A stretch of 64,000 nt of DNA, taken from IMG/VR virus record IMGVR_UViG_3300021961_005592, positions 32,001 to 96,000 of that record; one strand, written 5' to 3'. The translations under genes and the position numbers were made by a program. The first letter of the stretch is position 1. The number at the start of each line of letters is the position of its first letter. The DNA is from a virus. The notes under the pieces are model-generated. The model saw nothing but the letters and a program-made list of their open reading frames with translations. It was not told where the DNA came from and ran no database searches. Below, one piece after another: positions 20,529 to 29,612 of the stretch.

Positions 20529-21753
20529 TTTGTATTTTGAAAACGATGGAAATAGTTACACTGTTGAAAATAGAAAGCCGTTTCTAAACGGAATACCAAA
20601 AAATCTAGTATCTAAAGTTATTATTACACCCAAAGGTAGCCCAGCCGAATGTTATTTTGGAATGTTTGACGGTAGTTTTAGAAAAATTTTTTCAGTTAAT
20701 ACAAGTATTCCTGAAAATAAAAAATTTTTTTATCCTATAATTTTTAGTTTATCTGCATTAGGGGATTATGCTAAACAAATAACAATACAACCAGAAATAG
20801 TAAAATTAATTAACGAAAATTGGTGTAAAATTTTATTAGTATGTCCTTATGAAGGATGGCCGTGGAGACTTTATGATAAAGTAATAGATGGTATAATAAA
20901 AAAATATAAGATAAAACATTCGCATATTGTCTTAATGACAGCTAAGTTGAATGATCACCCTAAATGCAAAGTAGTCTATTATAACAATTGGGAAGTAGCA
21001 GCATCTAATAGACGCTTCGCCGAAGATCGATTACTAGGTAGAACAGCAGTTTTGTCTAGTAGTATTAGACCTTATAAGTTTATATGTTTAAATCGTCGAG
21101 CAACTGTACACAGATATGGCACAGTGTCACAATTATGGCCTTATAGAGATCAAGGACTACTTAGTTTTTGGCAGCACGGCTTCCACCAAAACGATACTCA
21201 GTATATTCGAGAACAAAAAAATCAATTCTATCATAATATGCCAATTTTAGCACAGTCTTGGATAACGCAGAGGATAGACAATCATATGCCTTTAGCATTG
21301 CCTGCTGACCTTGATCCGTACGATAGCACAGACAATGAAAACAATCCAACATCTGATCCGCATTCTAAAAAGTTTTACAACAGTTATTTGCATATAGTAA
21401 CTGAAACAACAATGTCTGACGAGGGATTTTTTAGCGAAAAGATATTTAAGCCTGCTATTTATTTCCAGCCATTTGTATTAATAGGACAAAAACACGGTCT
21501 TGAAAATCTAAGAAAAATTGGATATAAAACGTTTTCTAATGTAATAGATGAAAGTTATGATCTAGAACCGGACAATCAAACTCGACTTATAAAGGCTACG
21601 AATGCGGCAATTGAGTTTACTAAAATTGTCAATAACGATTTGATGCGTAAACTTTTGCCAATACTCGAGCATAATGCAGTCAACTTTATGAATAGAGCAA
21701 AAACAATTATTAGCACACTGCAAAATGATTTAGCATCATCTTTGGAAAACTAG
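20518..21753 (+). CDS. Putative GT-B glycosyltransferase, paralog 2 of 4 (TTG start)
   Basis: FICLNRR...HR, HIVTET, FFSEKIFKP, QPFVLIG, GYKTFSNVIDESYD; AAGGA upstream. Confidence 0.5.
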   Translation: MKIDLYFENDGNSYTVENRKPFLNGIPKNLVSKVIITPKGSPAECYFGMFDGSFRKIFSVNTSIPENKKFFYPIIFSLSALGDYAKQITIQPEIVKLINENWCKILLVCPYEGWPWRLYDKVIDGIIKKYKIKHSHIVLMTAKLNDHPKCKVVYYNNWEVAASNRRFAEDRLLGRTAVLSSSIRPYKFICLNRRATVHRYGTVSQLWPYRDQGLLSFWQHGFHQNDTQYIREQKNQFYHNMPILAQSWITQRIDNHMPLALPADLDPYDSTDNENNPTSDPHSKKFYNSYLHIVTETTMSDEGFFSEKIFKPAIYFQPFVLIGQKHGLENLRKIGYKTFSNVIDESYDLEPDNQTRLIKATNAAIEFTKIVNNDLMRKLLPILEHNAVNFMNRAKTIISTLQNDLASSLEN

Positions 21754-21803
21754 CTTAAAAGTTTGTATAATTAATTAAAACACAGTTTATTTAAGGAGAA
21801 GAT

Positions 21804-23033
21804 ATGAAAGTAGCAATGATTGGTTGCGGAAAACTCGGGCTACCTTGTGCTGAGGTAATGAGCCAACATTATGATGTAGTAGGGTACGATGTAGTAAAAG
21901 ACCCTGACGCACAAATTCTGCTGTTAGATTCTATTGAAGAGACTGTAAAAGATAGAGACTTAATTTTTGTAGCAGTTCCAACTCCACACGATCCTAAGTA
22001 TGGCGGAAGCAAGCCTATAGCTGAAATGCCCCCAAAAGATTTTGACTATTCAATTGTGCAAAAAGTTTTAAAAGAAATTAATCCGCACGTTAACAAAAAT
22101 CAATTAGTTGTGCTAATCAGCACAGTACTACCTGGTACAGTTCGCGCACACTTAGAACCATTAATTACTAATGCACGTTTTATCTACAATCCCTATCTAA
22201 TTGCAATGGGATCTGTTAAGTGGGACATGGTAAATCCAGAGTGCTTAATTATTGGTACAGAAGATGGCACTGAAACAGGTGATGCGCAATTACTAGTTGA
22301 CTTCTACAAGCCAATTATGGAAAACGATCCTACAGTTAATATTGGTACTTGGGACGAAGCTGAGTCTATTAAAATTTTCTATAATACATTTATTAGCGCA
22401 AAAATTGGTCTTGTAAATATGATACAAGATGTTGCCGAAGCTAATGGAAACATTAATGTTGATGTAGTTACCGATGCACTTAAAAAAGCAACACAACGTA
22501 TTACAGGGCCACGCTATTTAACAGCAGGCCTAGGTGACGCTGGAGCATGTCATCCTAGAGACAATATTGCTCTACGTTATCTTGCCGAAAGACTTGATTT
22601 AGGTTACGATTTATTTCATGCAATTATGCACAGCAGAGACATACAAGCAAACCGTATGGCAAATAAATTAGTTAAAATTGCTAAAGAACGTAGCCTACCA
22701 GTAGTTATACACGGTCGTGCATACAAGCCTTACGTTCCTTATACTATAGGAAGTTATAGTGAACTAGTAGGGCATTTTGTAGAAGAAGCAGGAGTGCAGC
22801 TAACGTATTCAGATCCTTTAACCGGAGACACAGATCCAATAACAGAACCTAGCGTAATACTATTAGCACACAATGCTAGAGTCACTTATGAAGGCACCGG
22901 AGTTGTTGTAAATAATGATAGTTTCTATTTTATAATACCAAACGGAAGTGTTCTTGTAGATCCTTGGAGAACCACACCTCAAATGGAAGGCATTGAAGTA
23001 ATACACTATGGAAATACAAGACAAACAAAATAA
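21804..23033 (+). CDS. UDP-glucose/GDP-mannose 6-dehydrogenase family protein
   Basis: GCGKLG Rossmann motif, FVAVPTP, STVLPGT, AESIKIFYN, catalytic GACHPRD; AAGGAG RBS. Confidence 0.9.
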   Translation: MKVAMIGCGKLGLPCAEVMSQHYDVVGYDVVKDPDAQILLLDSIEETVKDRDLIFVAVPTPHDPKYGGSKPIAEMPPKDFDYSIVQKVLKEINPHVNKNQLVVLISTVLPGTVRAHLEPLITNARFIYNPYLIAMGSVKWDMVNPECLIIGTEDGTETGDAQLLVDFYKPIMENDPTVNIGTWDEAESIKIFYNTFISAKIGLVNMIQDVAEANGNINVDVVTDALKKATQRITGPRYLTAGLGDAGACHPRDNIALRYLAERLDLGYDLFHAIMHSRDIQANRMANKLVKIAKERSLPVVIHGRAYKPYVPYTIGSYSELVGHFVEEAGVQLTYSDPLTGDTDPITEPSVILLAHNARVTYEGTGVVVNNDSFYFIIPNGSVLVDPWRTTPQMEGIEVIHYGNTRQTK

Positions 23034-24108
23034 ATTTTGTAAAGCAATGAGTAATTCCTTAAGTTTTAGAATTCCTGGCGACTCTAATACATTAACATTT
23101 AATCCTTGTTGTCTTTACGACGATTACATACCGTTTCACCCAACCCTCTTTAAAAAAACTAGAGACATGTTTATTGCTTCTGATAAAGATTTTTTGCCTG
23201 GTTGCAGCAAGTGTAAACTAAAAGAAAAAACACATAATACAAGTCATAGGCTTTTAATGAACAGAGATATACCAGACGGCATTGGCACTGATATACACAA
23301 ATTAGAACTTGTACTTGATACAACATGTAATGCTGCTTGCATACAATGCGGAACCTTTCAAAGTAGTTTATGGAGGAACGAAGTTGCCTTGCGCGACAAA
23401 AATTACAAACATATCCAACCAGAATTACAAATAGACGCTAAAGTTAAAATGATTAAAAATAGTATAGACTTTAGCAAAGTTAAAGAGTTTCATTTTTGGG
23501 GCGGAGAGCCTTTACTTACTGACACACATTTAAAATTTTTAAATGAAATTGAAGATCCATCAGATGTTGTTGTTAGATACACAACTAATGGAAGTATATT
23601 CCCATCTGATGATGTTTTAAAATTATGGGAAAAATTTAAAGAAGTAAAAATTGGCATAAGTACAGACGGTATTGGAGATAGGTTTCATTACATAAGATGG
23701 CCATTAAGTTGGGACAAAGTTTCAAAAAACATAATAAAATTCAAAAATGAAACTCCCTTAAATATAGAATTTTTTGTTAATTGTTGTACAATTCCATTAA
23801 ATGTTTATTATACTAATGAACTTTCAGAATGGTTAGATATTAACTTTAGCAGACATTTAAACGGAACAAAAATTAATTGTAATTATATTAGAGGTGAAGG
23901 TATACTAGATCTTGCATGTACTCCAGAACCGTTGAGAGAAGTAGTAATAAAAAAATTAGGTGATGATCATGTAATTAGTAAGTTACTAACTGAATTACCA
24001 GTATTAGATTCTAAACATATGTTAAATCATATTAGGCAATGGGATCCAGTAAGAAAATTAGATTGGAAGAAAACGTTTCCAGAGATAGTGGAATATTTTA
24101 ATGTTTAA
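23008..24108 (+). CDS. Radical SAM protein with N-terminal twitch/SPASM-like cysteines
   Basis: CNAACIQC, WGGEP, TTNGS; N-terminal FC...PCC...CSKC. Confidence 0.9.
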   Translation: MEIQDKQNKFCKAMSNSLSFRIPGDSNTLTFNPCCLYDDYIPFHPTLFKKTRDMFIASDKDFLPGCSKCKLKEKTHNTSHRLLMNRDIPDGIGTDIHKLELVLDTTCNAACIQCGTFQSSLWRNEVALRDKNYKHIQPELQIDAKVKMIKNSIDFSKVKEFHFWGGEPLLTDTHLKFLNEIEDPSDVVVRYTTNGSIFPSDDVLKLWEKFKEVKIGISTDGIGDRFHYIRWPLSWDKVSKNIIKFKNETPLNIEFFVNCCTIPLNVYYTNELSEWLDINFSRHLNGTKINCNYIRGEGILDLACTPEPLREVVIKKLGDDHVISKLLTELPVLDSKHMLNHIRQWDPVRKLDWKKTFPEIVEYFNV

Positions 24109-25225
24109 CCCTGATAGACTAGGTTATTATAGAGTTGGCTGGAAAAAATTTTACAACAAAACACTAGCACTACTAGAAAGTAAACAAACAGGATATGATG
24201 TTGATTGGATATTCAACAACGATGTCTACGGAAAAATTAACTGGACTGTTCCTGTTAATGAAACTCTAGAACAATTATATTTGCGTAGAGCATTACAACT
24301 ACGCAATGACTACGATTACCTTGTTTTATATTTTAGTGGTGGTGCTGATAGTACAAATATCTTAAAGGTATTTGTTGACAACAATATCTTTTTAGACGAA
24401 ATTGTCATGCAATACCCTGAACCAACAGTTAAAACATTCAATGAACAAGACAGGTCAAATAAAAATATTTACAGCGAAATTAAATACCAAGCAATCCCAA
24501 CCATAAACAATTTAAAAATAAATCCTAAAACACATATACGGTATCAAGATTTTGCAAAACCATTGCTTGAACTATTAGATAAAGACGATTGGTTTGATCA
24601 AATACCTATGGGTACTAACATAAGCCCGTCGGGTATTGGTAGGCAAATATCTCAGGTAGTTGAACCTCACATATTAGAACTATGTAGTAAAGGTAAAAAT
24701 ATTGCACAAATACTCGGAGTTGACAAACCGTTAGTGTATTCTGATGGTGTCAATTATTTTGCTTATTTTTCAGATGTAAGTGCCATGCATTCGCCCCCGG
24801 TAGATTTTACACAAAGCGAAGTTTTTAACAATCTGTATCATACTGAATTTTTTTACTGGACACCAGACCTTCCTGAGATTGTAGTCAAGCAAGCACAACT
24901 TATTAAAGCCTATTGTGAAACAAGTGAAGATGCCAAGTTAAAAATTATGTCGTCGATGAAAAAACACATTGGAACATTTAGGCCTTTGCTACATTCAATA
25001 ATATATTCACCAAGCCTTGTAATAGCATGGGATCCTGAGAAACCAAATTCAAAAGTAGTAAGACCAATGGACCAATGGTTTTGGGAGACGGGAACCACAA
25101 ATCAGGTAGGAAACTATCGTGCAGTGATAAAATACTTACGAGAAAATACAAATACCAAGCACATGATTGACAATGATATTGAAAACGGACTTTCTGCACA
25201 TACAACAGGATTTTACAAATTATAA
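24101..25225 (+). CDS. PP-loop (asparagine-synthetase-like) ATP pyrophosphatase
   Basis: LYFSGGADS; no N-terminal glutaminase domain. Confidence 0.7.
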   Translation: MFNPDRLGYYRVGWKKFYNKTLALLESKQTGYDVDWIFNNDVYGKINWTVPVNETLEQLYLRRALQLRNDYDYLVLYFSGGADSTNILKVFVDNNIFLDEIVMQYPEPTVKTFNEQDRSNKNIYSEIKYQAIPTINNLKINPKTHIRYQDFAKPLLELLDKDDWFDQIPMGTNISPSGIGRQISQVVEPHILELCSKGKNIAQILGVDKPLVYSDGVNYFAYFSDVSAMHSPPVDFTQSEVFNNLYHTEFFYWTPDLPEIVVKQAQLIKAYCETSEDAKLKIMSSMKKHIGTFRPLLHSIIYSPSLVIAWDPEKPNSKVVRPMDQWFWETGTTNQVGNYRAVIKYLRENTNTKHMIDNDIENGLSAHTTGFYKL

Positions 25226-25238
25226 GAGGAACCATAAT

Positions 25239-25676
25239 ATGGGAAAAATGAACGAAGTACAAAAAAGAAGTATAGCAAAAGCACTTACAGCAAGAGTAAT
25301 GTTTACATGTAGTCATTTAGTAAATGGGTTCATTGTTACTGGTTCTTGGGTTATTGGTGCGCAGATTGTAGGTATTGCAGCAGTTGTGAATCTACTGTTG
25401 TTTTGGTTGCACGAAAGAGTATGGAATTGGGTGCAATGGAACCGTAAACCAGCAGATAACCTATTCTTTTCAGACGGACATCCAAGAACTGTTAGCAAGT
25501 CAGCAACATGGAGAGCAGTAATCACAATAAACAATTTTGTTATTCCGTACATTACAACAGGATCATGGAAGGCAGCAGCAGCCTTTTTAACTATTGCAAC
25601 GGTAATGAATATTGTACTGTATTACACACATGAAAGAGTGTGGAATAGATTTGCATGGGGGAAAGAAGCAGTATAG
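25239..25676 (+). CDS. Membrane protein with two DUF2061-like repeats
   Basis: RSIAKALTARV...WLHERVWN and RTVSKSATWR...YTHERVWN; GAGGA RBS before the ATG at 25239. Confidence 0.75.
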   Translation: MGKMNEVQKRSIAKALTARVMFTCSHLVNGFIVTGSWVIGAQIVGIAAVVNLLLFWLHERVWNWVQWNRKPADNLFFSDGHPRTVSKSATWRAVITINNFVIPYITTGSWKAAAAFLTIATVMNIVLYYTHERVWNRFAWGKEAV

Positions 25677-25677
25677 A

Positions 25678-26022
25678 ATGAAAGCGTATTGTAAATCTAA
25701 AATTCATAGGGCTACTGTTACTGACGGTAGCCTAAACTACTCTGGTAGTATTACTATTGGCAAAAATATGCTAGATGCTGCTGGTATTGACCTTTATGAA
25801 TTTGTGCATGTTAACAACATTAATAATGCTGCTCACTGGGAAACATATGTTATTGAAGGAAAAGACAATGAAATTATTCTTAACGGAGCACCAGCAAGAT
25901 TATTTCAACCGGGCGATTTAGTAACAATAATGTCCTTAGAGTACAGTGATAAGTTTAAGGAACACACAGTAGTTCTTGTCGATAACAAAAACAACGTAAC
26001 AGAAATTAAAAAAATTAGTTAG
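25678..26022 (+). CDS. panD: Aspartate 1-decarboxylase-like pyruvoyl enzyme
   Basis: KSKIHRATVT, NYSG|SITI self-cleavage site, ETYVI, LNGAPARL, GDLVTIM. Confidence 0.9.
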   Translation: MKAYCKSKIHRATVTDGSLNYSGSITIGKNMLDAAGIDLYEFVHVNNINNAAHWETYVIEGKDNEIILNGAPARLFQPGDLVTIMSLEYSDKFKEHTVVLVDNKNNVTEIKKIS

Positions 26023-26023
26023 A

Positions 26024-26896
26024 GTGTTTAAATGTAAGTATCCAATAATCGCAGCACCTATGAATCAGGTGTCTGATCTAAACCTTGCTATTGCGGTGCA
26101 TAAAGCAGGCGGGTTTCCTTCCATTAGCGGATACTGCTACAAGAATGCAAATCAATTAATTAACGCTTTAGAGGATTTTGTAAAAATTACAGGATCATCA
26201 AATTTAATTCTTGCTATAGATGAGCACTGGCTACTAAATCCCAACATAATTTCTACTATTAAACGTTTAAACATATCTCACCTTTTCAAATACTTTAATG
26301 AAAATCCAAAATTTCCTTTAGAAACTAAATTAGCATGGCGAGAACCAATTGATAAACTACTAGAAAAATTAGATAGTCAGTTAATTGGAATACTACCTAA
26401 TTTTAATGACATACAAGATTTAGATAAGATATATTTTCTTAAAGGAAATGATGGCGCGGGCAGGCCCGGCGCCGCCACTACAAAAGAATTATTTGACTAC
26501 CATATACAGCAAACTCCAAACGCAAAATTAGTTCCAATGGGTGGAGTAGGTACAGCAAGTCAAGTAAAATACTATATAGATAACGGTGCAATTGCAGTTA
26601 GTGTTGGCACACTATTAGCAGCATCAAAAGAAAGTTGTTTAACAGAAGCAGTTAAACAAGCAATGGTTGCAGCTAGTAATTCTAATTTATCTATATTGGA
26701 TACAAATCTAAAGCAGCAAGGGTTAGTTTTTAAGGAGTTTTCTGGATATGATACAGCTAATCACACCAATTCTTTAAAATTGGGTATTAATTCTAACGCA
26801 GATGCTGGGCATATATTTGCTGGTCATGGAATTAACTTTATTAATACAATTGATGATGTTGCGTCTATTATACTGAAGTTAGCAGACAAAATATAA
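26024..26896 (+). CDS. Nitronate monooxygenase/FabK-like FMN oxidoreductase
   Basis: YPIIAAPMNQVSD...AVHKAGG; KGNDGAGR; MGGVGT; VSVGT...SKES; FAGHG. Confidence 0.75.
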   Translation: MFKCKYPIIAAPMNQVSDLNLAIAVHKAGGFPSISGYCYKNANQLINALEDFVKITGSSNLILAIDEHWLLNPNIISTIKRLNISHLFKYFNENPKFPLETKLAWREPIDKLLEKLDSQLIGILPNFNDIQDLDKIYFLKGNDGAGRPGAATTKELFDYHIQQTPNAKLVPMGGVGTASQVKYYIDNGAIAVSVGTLLAASKESCLTEAVKQAMVAASNSNLSILDTNLKQQGLVFKEFSGYDTANHTNSLKLGINSNADAGHIFAGHGINFINTIDDVASIILKLADKI

Positions 26897-26899
26897 ATA
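26892..26899 (+). promoter_or_regulatory. Late promoter TATAAATA
   Basis: Exact T4 late consensus 27 nt upstream of 26926. Confidence 0.6.
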
Positions 26900-26925
26900 T
26901 ATTCATATAATGAAAGAAAGGTATA

Positions 26926-27537
26926 ATGCTAAATTATAAGGTATTTAATATTGATGCCCCACACATGACTGAAAGCAGTATATTTGATTTATATCAATAC
27001 AAAGTGTACATAGGGAAAAACAGTGTAAGTACTAATAATAAAAATAGCTATTGGTACATTGAAGATAACACAGTAATTTCTAAATCAGGTGACGATAGTA
27101 TTATTGATAGTGGAATATTGTGTATAGAAATATTTGGATATACACCAGAGACTAGAACTAGCACCTACAGTAGGTATACAGATTTGCCCTACATTAACGG
27201 TTGTAGTAGCAAACAGTTAATACCACCCAACAGGTTAGGTGATCCTACTTGGCAACTTTTACTACTGCCTCAGCATACTAGTGAACAGTCACATCATATT
27301 CATTCAACTGCACGGATAGTATATGTAGCAGAAGGAGAAGGTAAGAGCATCATTGGACAAGATGGTCATACAACTGAAATTAATTTAACTCCAGGCACTG
27401 TTATTATTTTAGATAAAATGGTGCCGCATCATTTTGTCACAACTGACAGCCATTTATTAGTTTTACCTCTGCATGTTTACAGTAGTGTAGCAGGCGAAAC
27501 AACTCATCCAATGCGAAGCGGAACACACGAAATATGA
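26926..27537 (+). CDS. Cupin-domain protein
   Basis: HHIHSTARIVYVAEGEG...LTPGTVIILDKMVPHHF. Confidence 0.75.
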   Translation: MLNYKVFNIDAPHMTESSIFDLYQYKVYIGKNSVSTNNKNSYWYIEDNTVISKSGDDSIIDSGILCIEIFGYTPETRTSTYSRYTDLPYINGCSSKQLIPPNRLGDPTWQLLLLPQHTSEQSHHIHSTARIVYVAEGEGKSIIGQDGHTTEINLTPGTVIILDKMVPHHFVTTDSHLLVLPLHVYSSVAGETTHPMRSGTHEI

Positions 27538-28142
27538 CATCAGAAACAGTATTAGTTGTTGATAGAGAGATTCAACGTATAGCATGTTCTACACCAGAAC
27601 TTCATCAGGCAGTAGCATTAGCTGAAGGATTAATTAATTGTGGTGTAAGAGTAGTTTCGTTAGAAAATAATACTTACAATTTTAATGATATTAATATTCA
27701 CTATCAGTATAGTGATGGTAAAATACGGATTTTAAGTCCATATCAAATTCCTAATAATTGGATGGCGTTTCGAACACAGGTAATAGATCGAATAGAACCC
27801 TTGCAGATATTAATTAATCAAGCAAAAAGTAGAACAAGCGATCTTGATAATTACTACAATACACCAATGTTTACAGCAATTTTAGCAGTTGAATTAGAAA
27901 AATGTAAACCTAATGAAAATAGGTATTCTTTGGCTATAGAAGAGTGGGCATTGATGCAAGATGTATCTGTTGAAGTTGCGTATAAAGAGTTAAAAATTAA
28001 ATATGAAGATATATCATTAACATACATGAGGAACAACGCACTTTACTCTAGATTTGTAAGAAAAATTAATCAAACTGTTGGGAAAGATAATTTGAAACAA
28101 GTTATTAATGAGTTTAGTCGTAAATTTGGAATTTTAATATGA
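27534..28142 (+). CDS. Hypothetical protein
   Basis: 202-aa ORF with ATGA overlaps at both ends. Confidence 0.65.
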   Translation: MTSETVLVVDREIQRIACSTPELHQAVALAEGLINCGVRVVSLENNTYNFNDINIHYQYSDGKIRILSPYQIPNNWMAFRTQVIDRIEPLQILINQAKSRTSDLDNYYNTPMFTAILAVELEKCKPNENRYSLAIEEWALMQDVSVEVAYKELKIKYEDISLTYMRNNALYSRFVRKINQTVGKDNLKQVINEFSRKFGILI

Positions 28143-29251
28143 CAAAACAACTCTATATTTGTAATATTGATGTTTTAGAAAATTCAAATAAGCCTGACGT
28201 AGCACTATGGTCAAACATGCATTCGATAGCATCGACCTGGGCTCCGTATATTGACAGGTGTGAATCAATACAAATGCCGTATCGTTTGAAGTTATATGAT
28301 AAGTTTAAAATGCCTAAAGACCTTTCAGGATTTAATTTATCATATGAAGAATGTTGCAATATACAAGCTCAAGAATTTATAGATTTAAGTAAAAAACTAG
28401 ATAAAAAAATTACTATAATGTACTCCGGAGGCATTGATAGCACACTAATAGTAATATTTTTTTTAAAACTACTAGGTGAAAGTGAATTTAAAAATAGAAT
28501 AGATATTGCACTAAGTCAACACAGCATTAGTGAAAATCCTAATTTTTATTATAGATATATTAGACCAATTGGAAACATTATTTCAAGCAATCATTTAACT
28601 AATATGTTTACTGGTTCAACTATTATAGTAAGCGGCGAACACAATGACCAATTATTTGGAAGTGATCTAATATGTCACGCATCAAATTATTCTGGTTTTG
28701 CTGAGATGCATAAACCGTATTCGAGAAAACATTTTGTAGGTTTTCTTACTCAATATAAAAGACAAGAAATGACTGAAAAAACTGCTAATTTTTTCTTTGA
28801 TCTCATTGATAATCATATTAAAACTCAAGCACCGTGTGAAGTAACTACTAATTATCACCTATGGTGGTGGCTAAATTTTTCATTCAAATGGCAAAATGTA
28901 TTTTTTAGAATGTTACTTAGAGCTAATAAACTTAACTTTGCAGATATAAATCAATCTTTTGTTGACAATTATTATCATTGTTTTTTCTCTGGAACAAATT
29001 TTCAAAAATGGAGCATGTTAAACCATAATCTCAAAGTTGTAAACAGTTGGGATACATATAAGTGGGAAGCCAAACGCCTAATTTATGATTTTACCAAGGA
29101 TAAGGATTATCTTAATAAAATTAAAATTGGAAGTTTAGTAGAGATTTTTAGACAACGAGATGCACCAGCTGGGATTACATCTAATTATGAATTTTTAGAA
29201 AATCTTAATCTTGATGAATTTTATGTTCCTGATAATAGTTTCAGAATATAG
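28139..29251 (+). CDS. Asparagine-synthetase-like PP-loop ATPase
   Basis: MYSGGIDS and VSGEHNDQLFG (AsnB SGEGADELFG-like). Confidence 0.75.
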   Translation: MTKQLYICNIDVLENSNKPDVALWSNMHSIASTWAPYIDRCESIQMPYRLKLYDKFKMPKDLSGFNLSYEECCNIQAQEFIDLSKKLDKKITIMYSGGIDSTLIVIFFLKLLGESEFKNRIDIALSQHSISENPNFYYRYIRPIGNIISSNHLTNMFTGSTIIVSGEHNDQLFGSDLICHASNYSGFAEMHKPYSRKHFVGFLTQYKRQEMTEKTANFFFDLIDNHIKTQAPCEVTTNYHLWWWLNFSFKWQNVFFRMLLRANKLNFADINQSFVDNYYHCFFSGTNFQKWSMLNHNLKVVNSWDTYKWEAKRLIYDFTKDKDYLNKIKIGSLVEIFRQRDAPAGITSNYEFLENLNLDEFYVPDNSFRI

Positions 29252-29259
29252 TTTTAGCA

Positions 29260-29265
29260 TAAATA
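29260..29265 (+). promoter_or_regulatory. Late promoter core TAAATA
   Basis: Intergenic CATAAATA upstream of the 94-aa ORF. Confidence 0.5.
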
Positions 29266-29308
29266 TATTAAAGATTAACTAACACTGTTAACATAAAGGA
29301 ATAATAAC

Positions 29309-29593
29309 ATGAGTATTACACTTAAAATGTCTAAGGTTAGACCTTCAGAAAACGTACCTTTTTACACTTTCAGTAAAGAGTATATTGATCTCCAACGTTC
29401 AAATCCAAATATTACTAGAACGATAAATGCAGTTGACCCAACTACTGTAGAAGTTACATTAACTTTTTCTAATAAGGATGTATTTGATGCATGGAAAACA
29501 AATCCTATTGTAGTTTCAGAAATATCAAAATCAAAAGAATATTCTAACTTAATAGGAATTACTAGAACTATAGAAAAAGTAATAACACCATAA
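29309..29593 (+). CDS. Small hypothetical protein
   Basis: 94 aa, AAGGA RBS, own late promoter core. Confidence 0.7.
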   Translation: MSITLKMSKVRPSENVPFYTFSKEYIDLQRSNPNITRTINAVDPTTVEVTLTFSNKDVFDAWKTNPIVVSEISKSKEYSNLIGITRTIEKVITP

Positions 29594-29612
29594 ACGTGGG
29601 TTAGGTTGCGAT

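Noticed and set aside
25678-26022. panD as an auxiliary gene for pantothenate/CoA synthesis
   Set aside because: No panB/panC in the window and the Arg54-equivalent is substituted; not excluded but unsupported.
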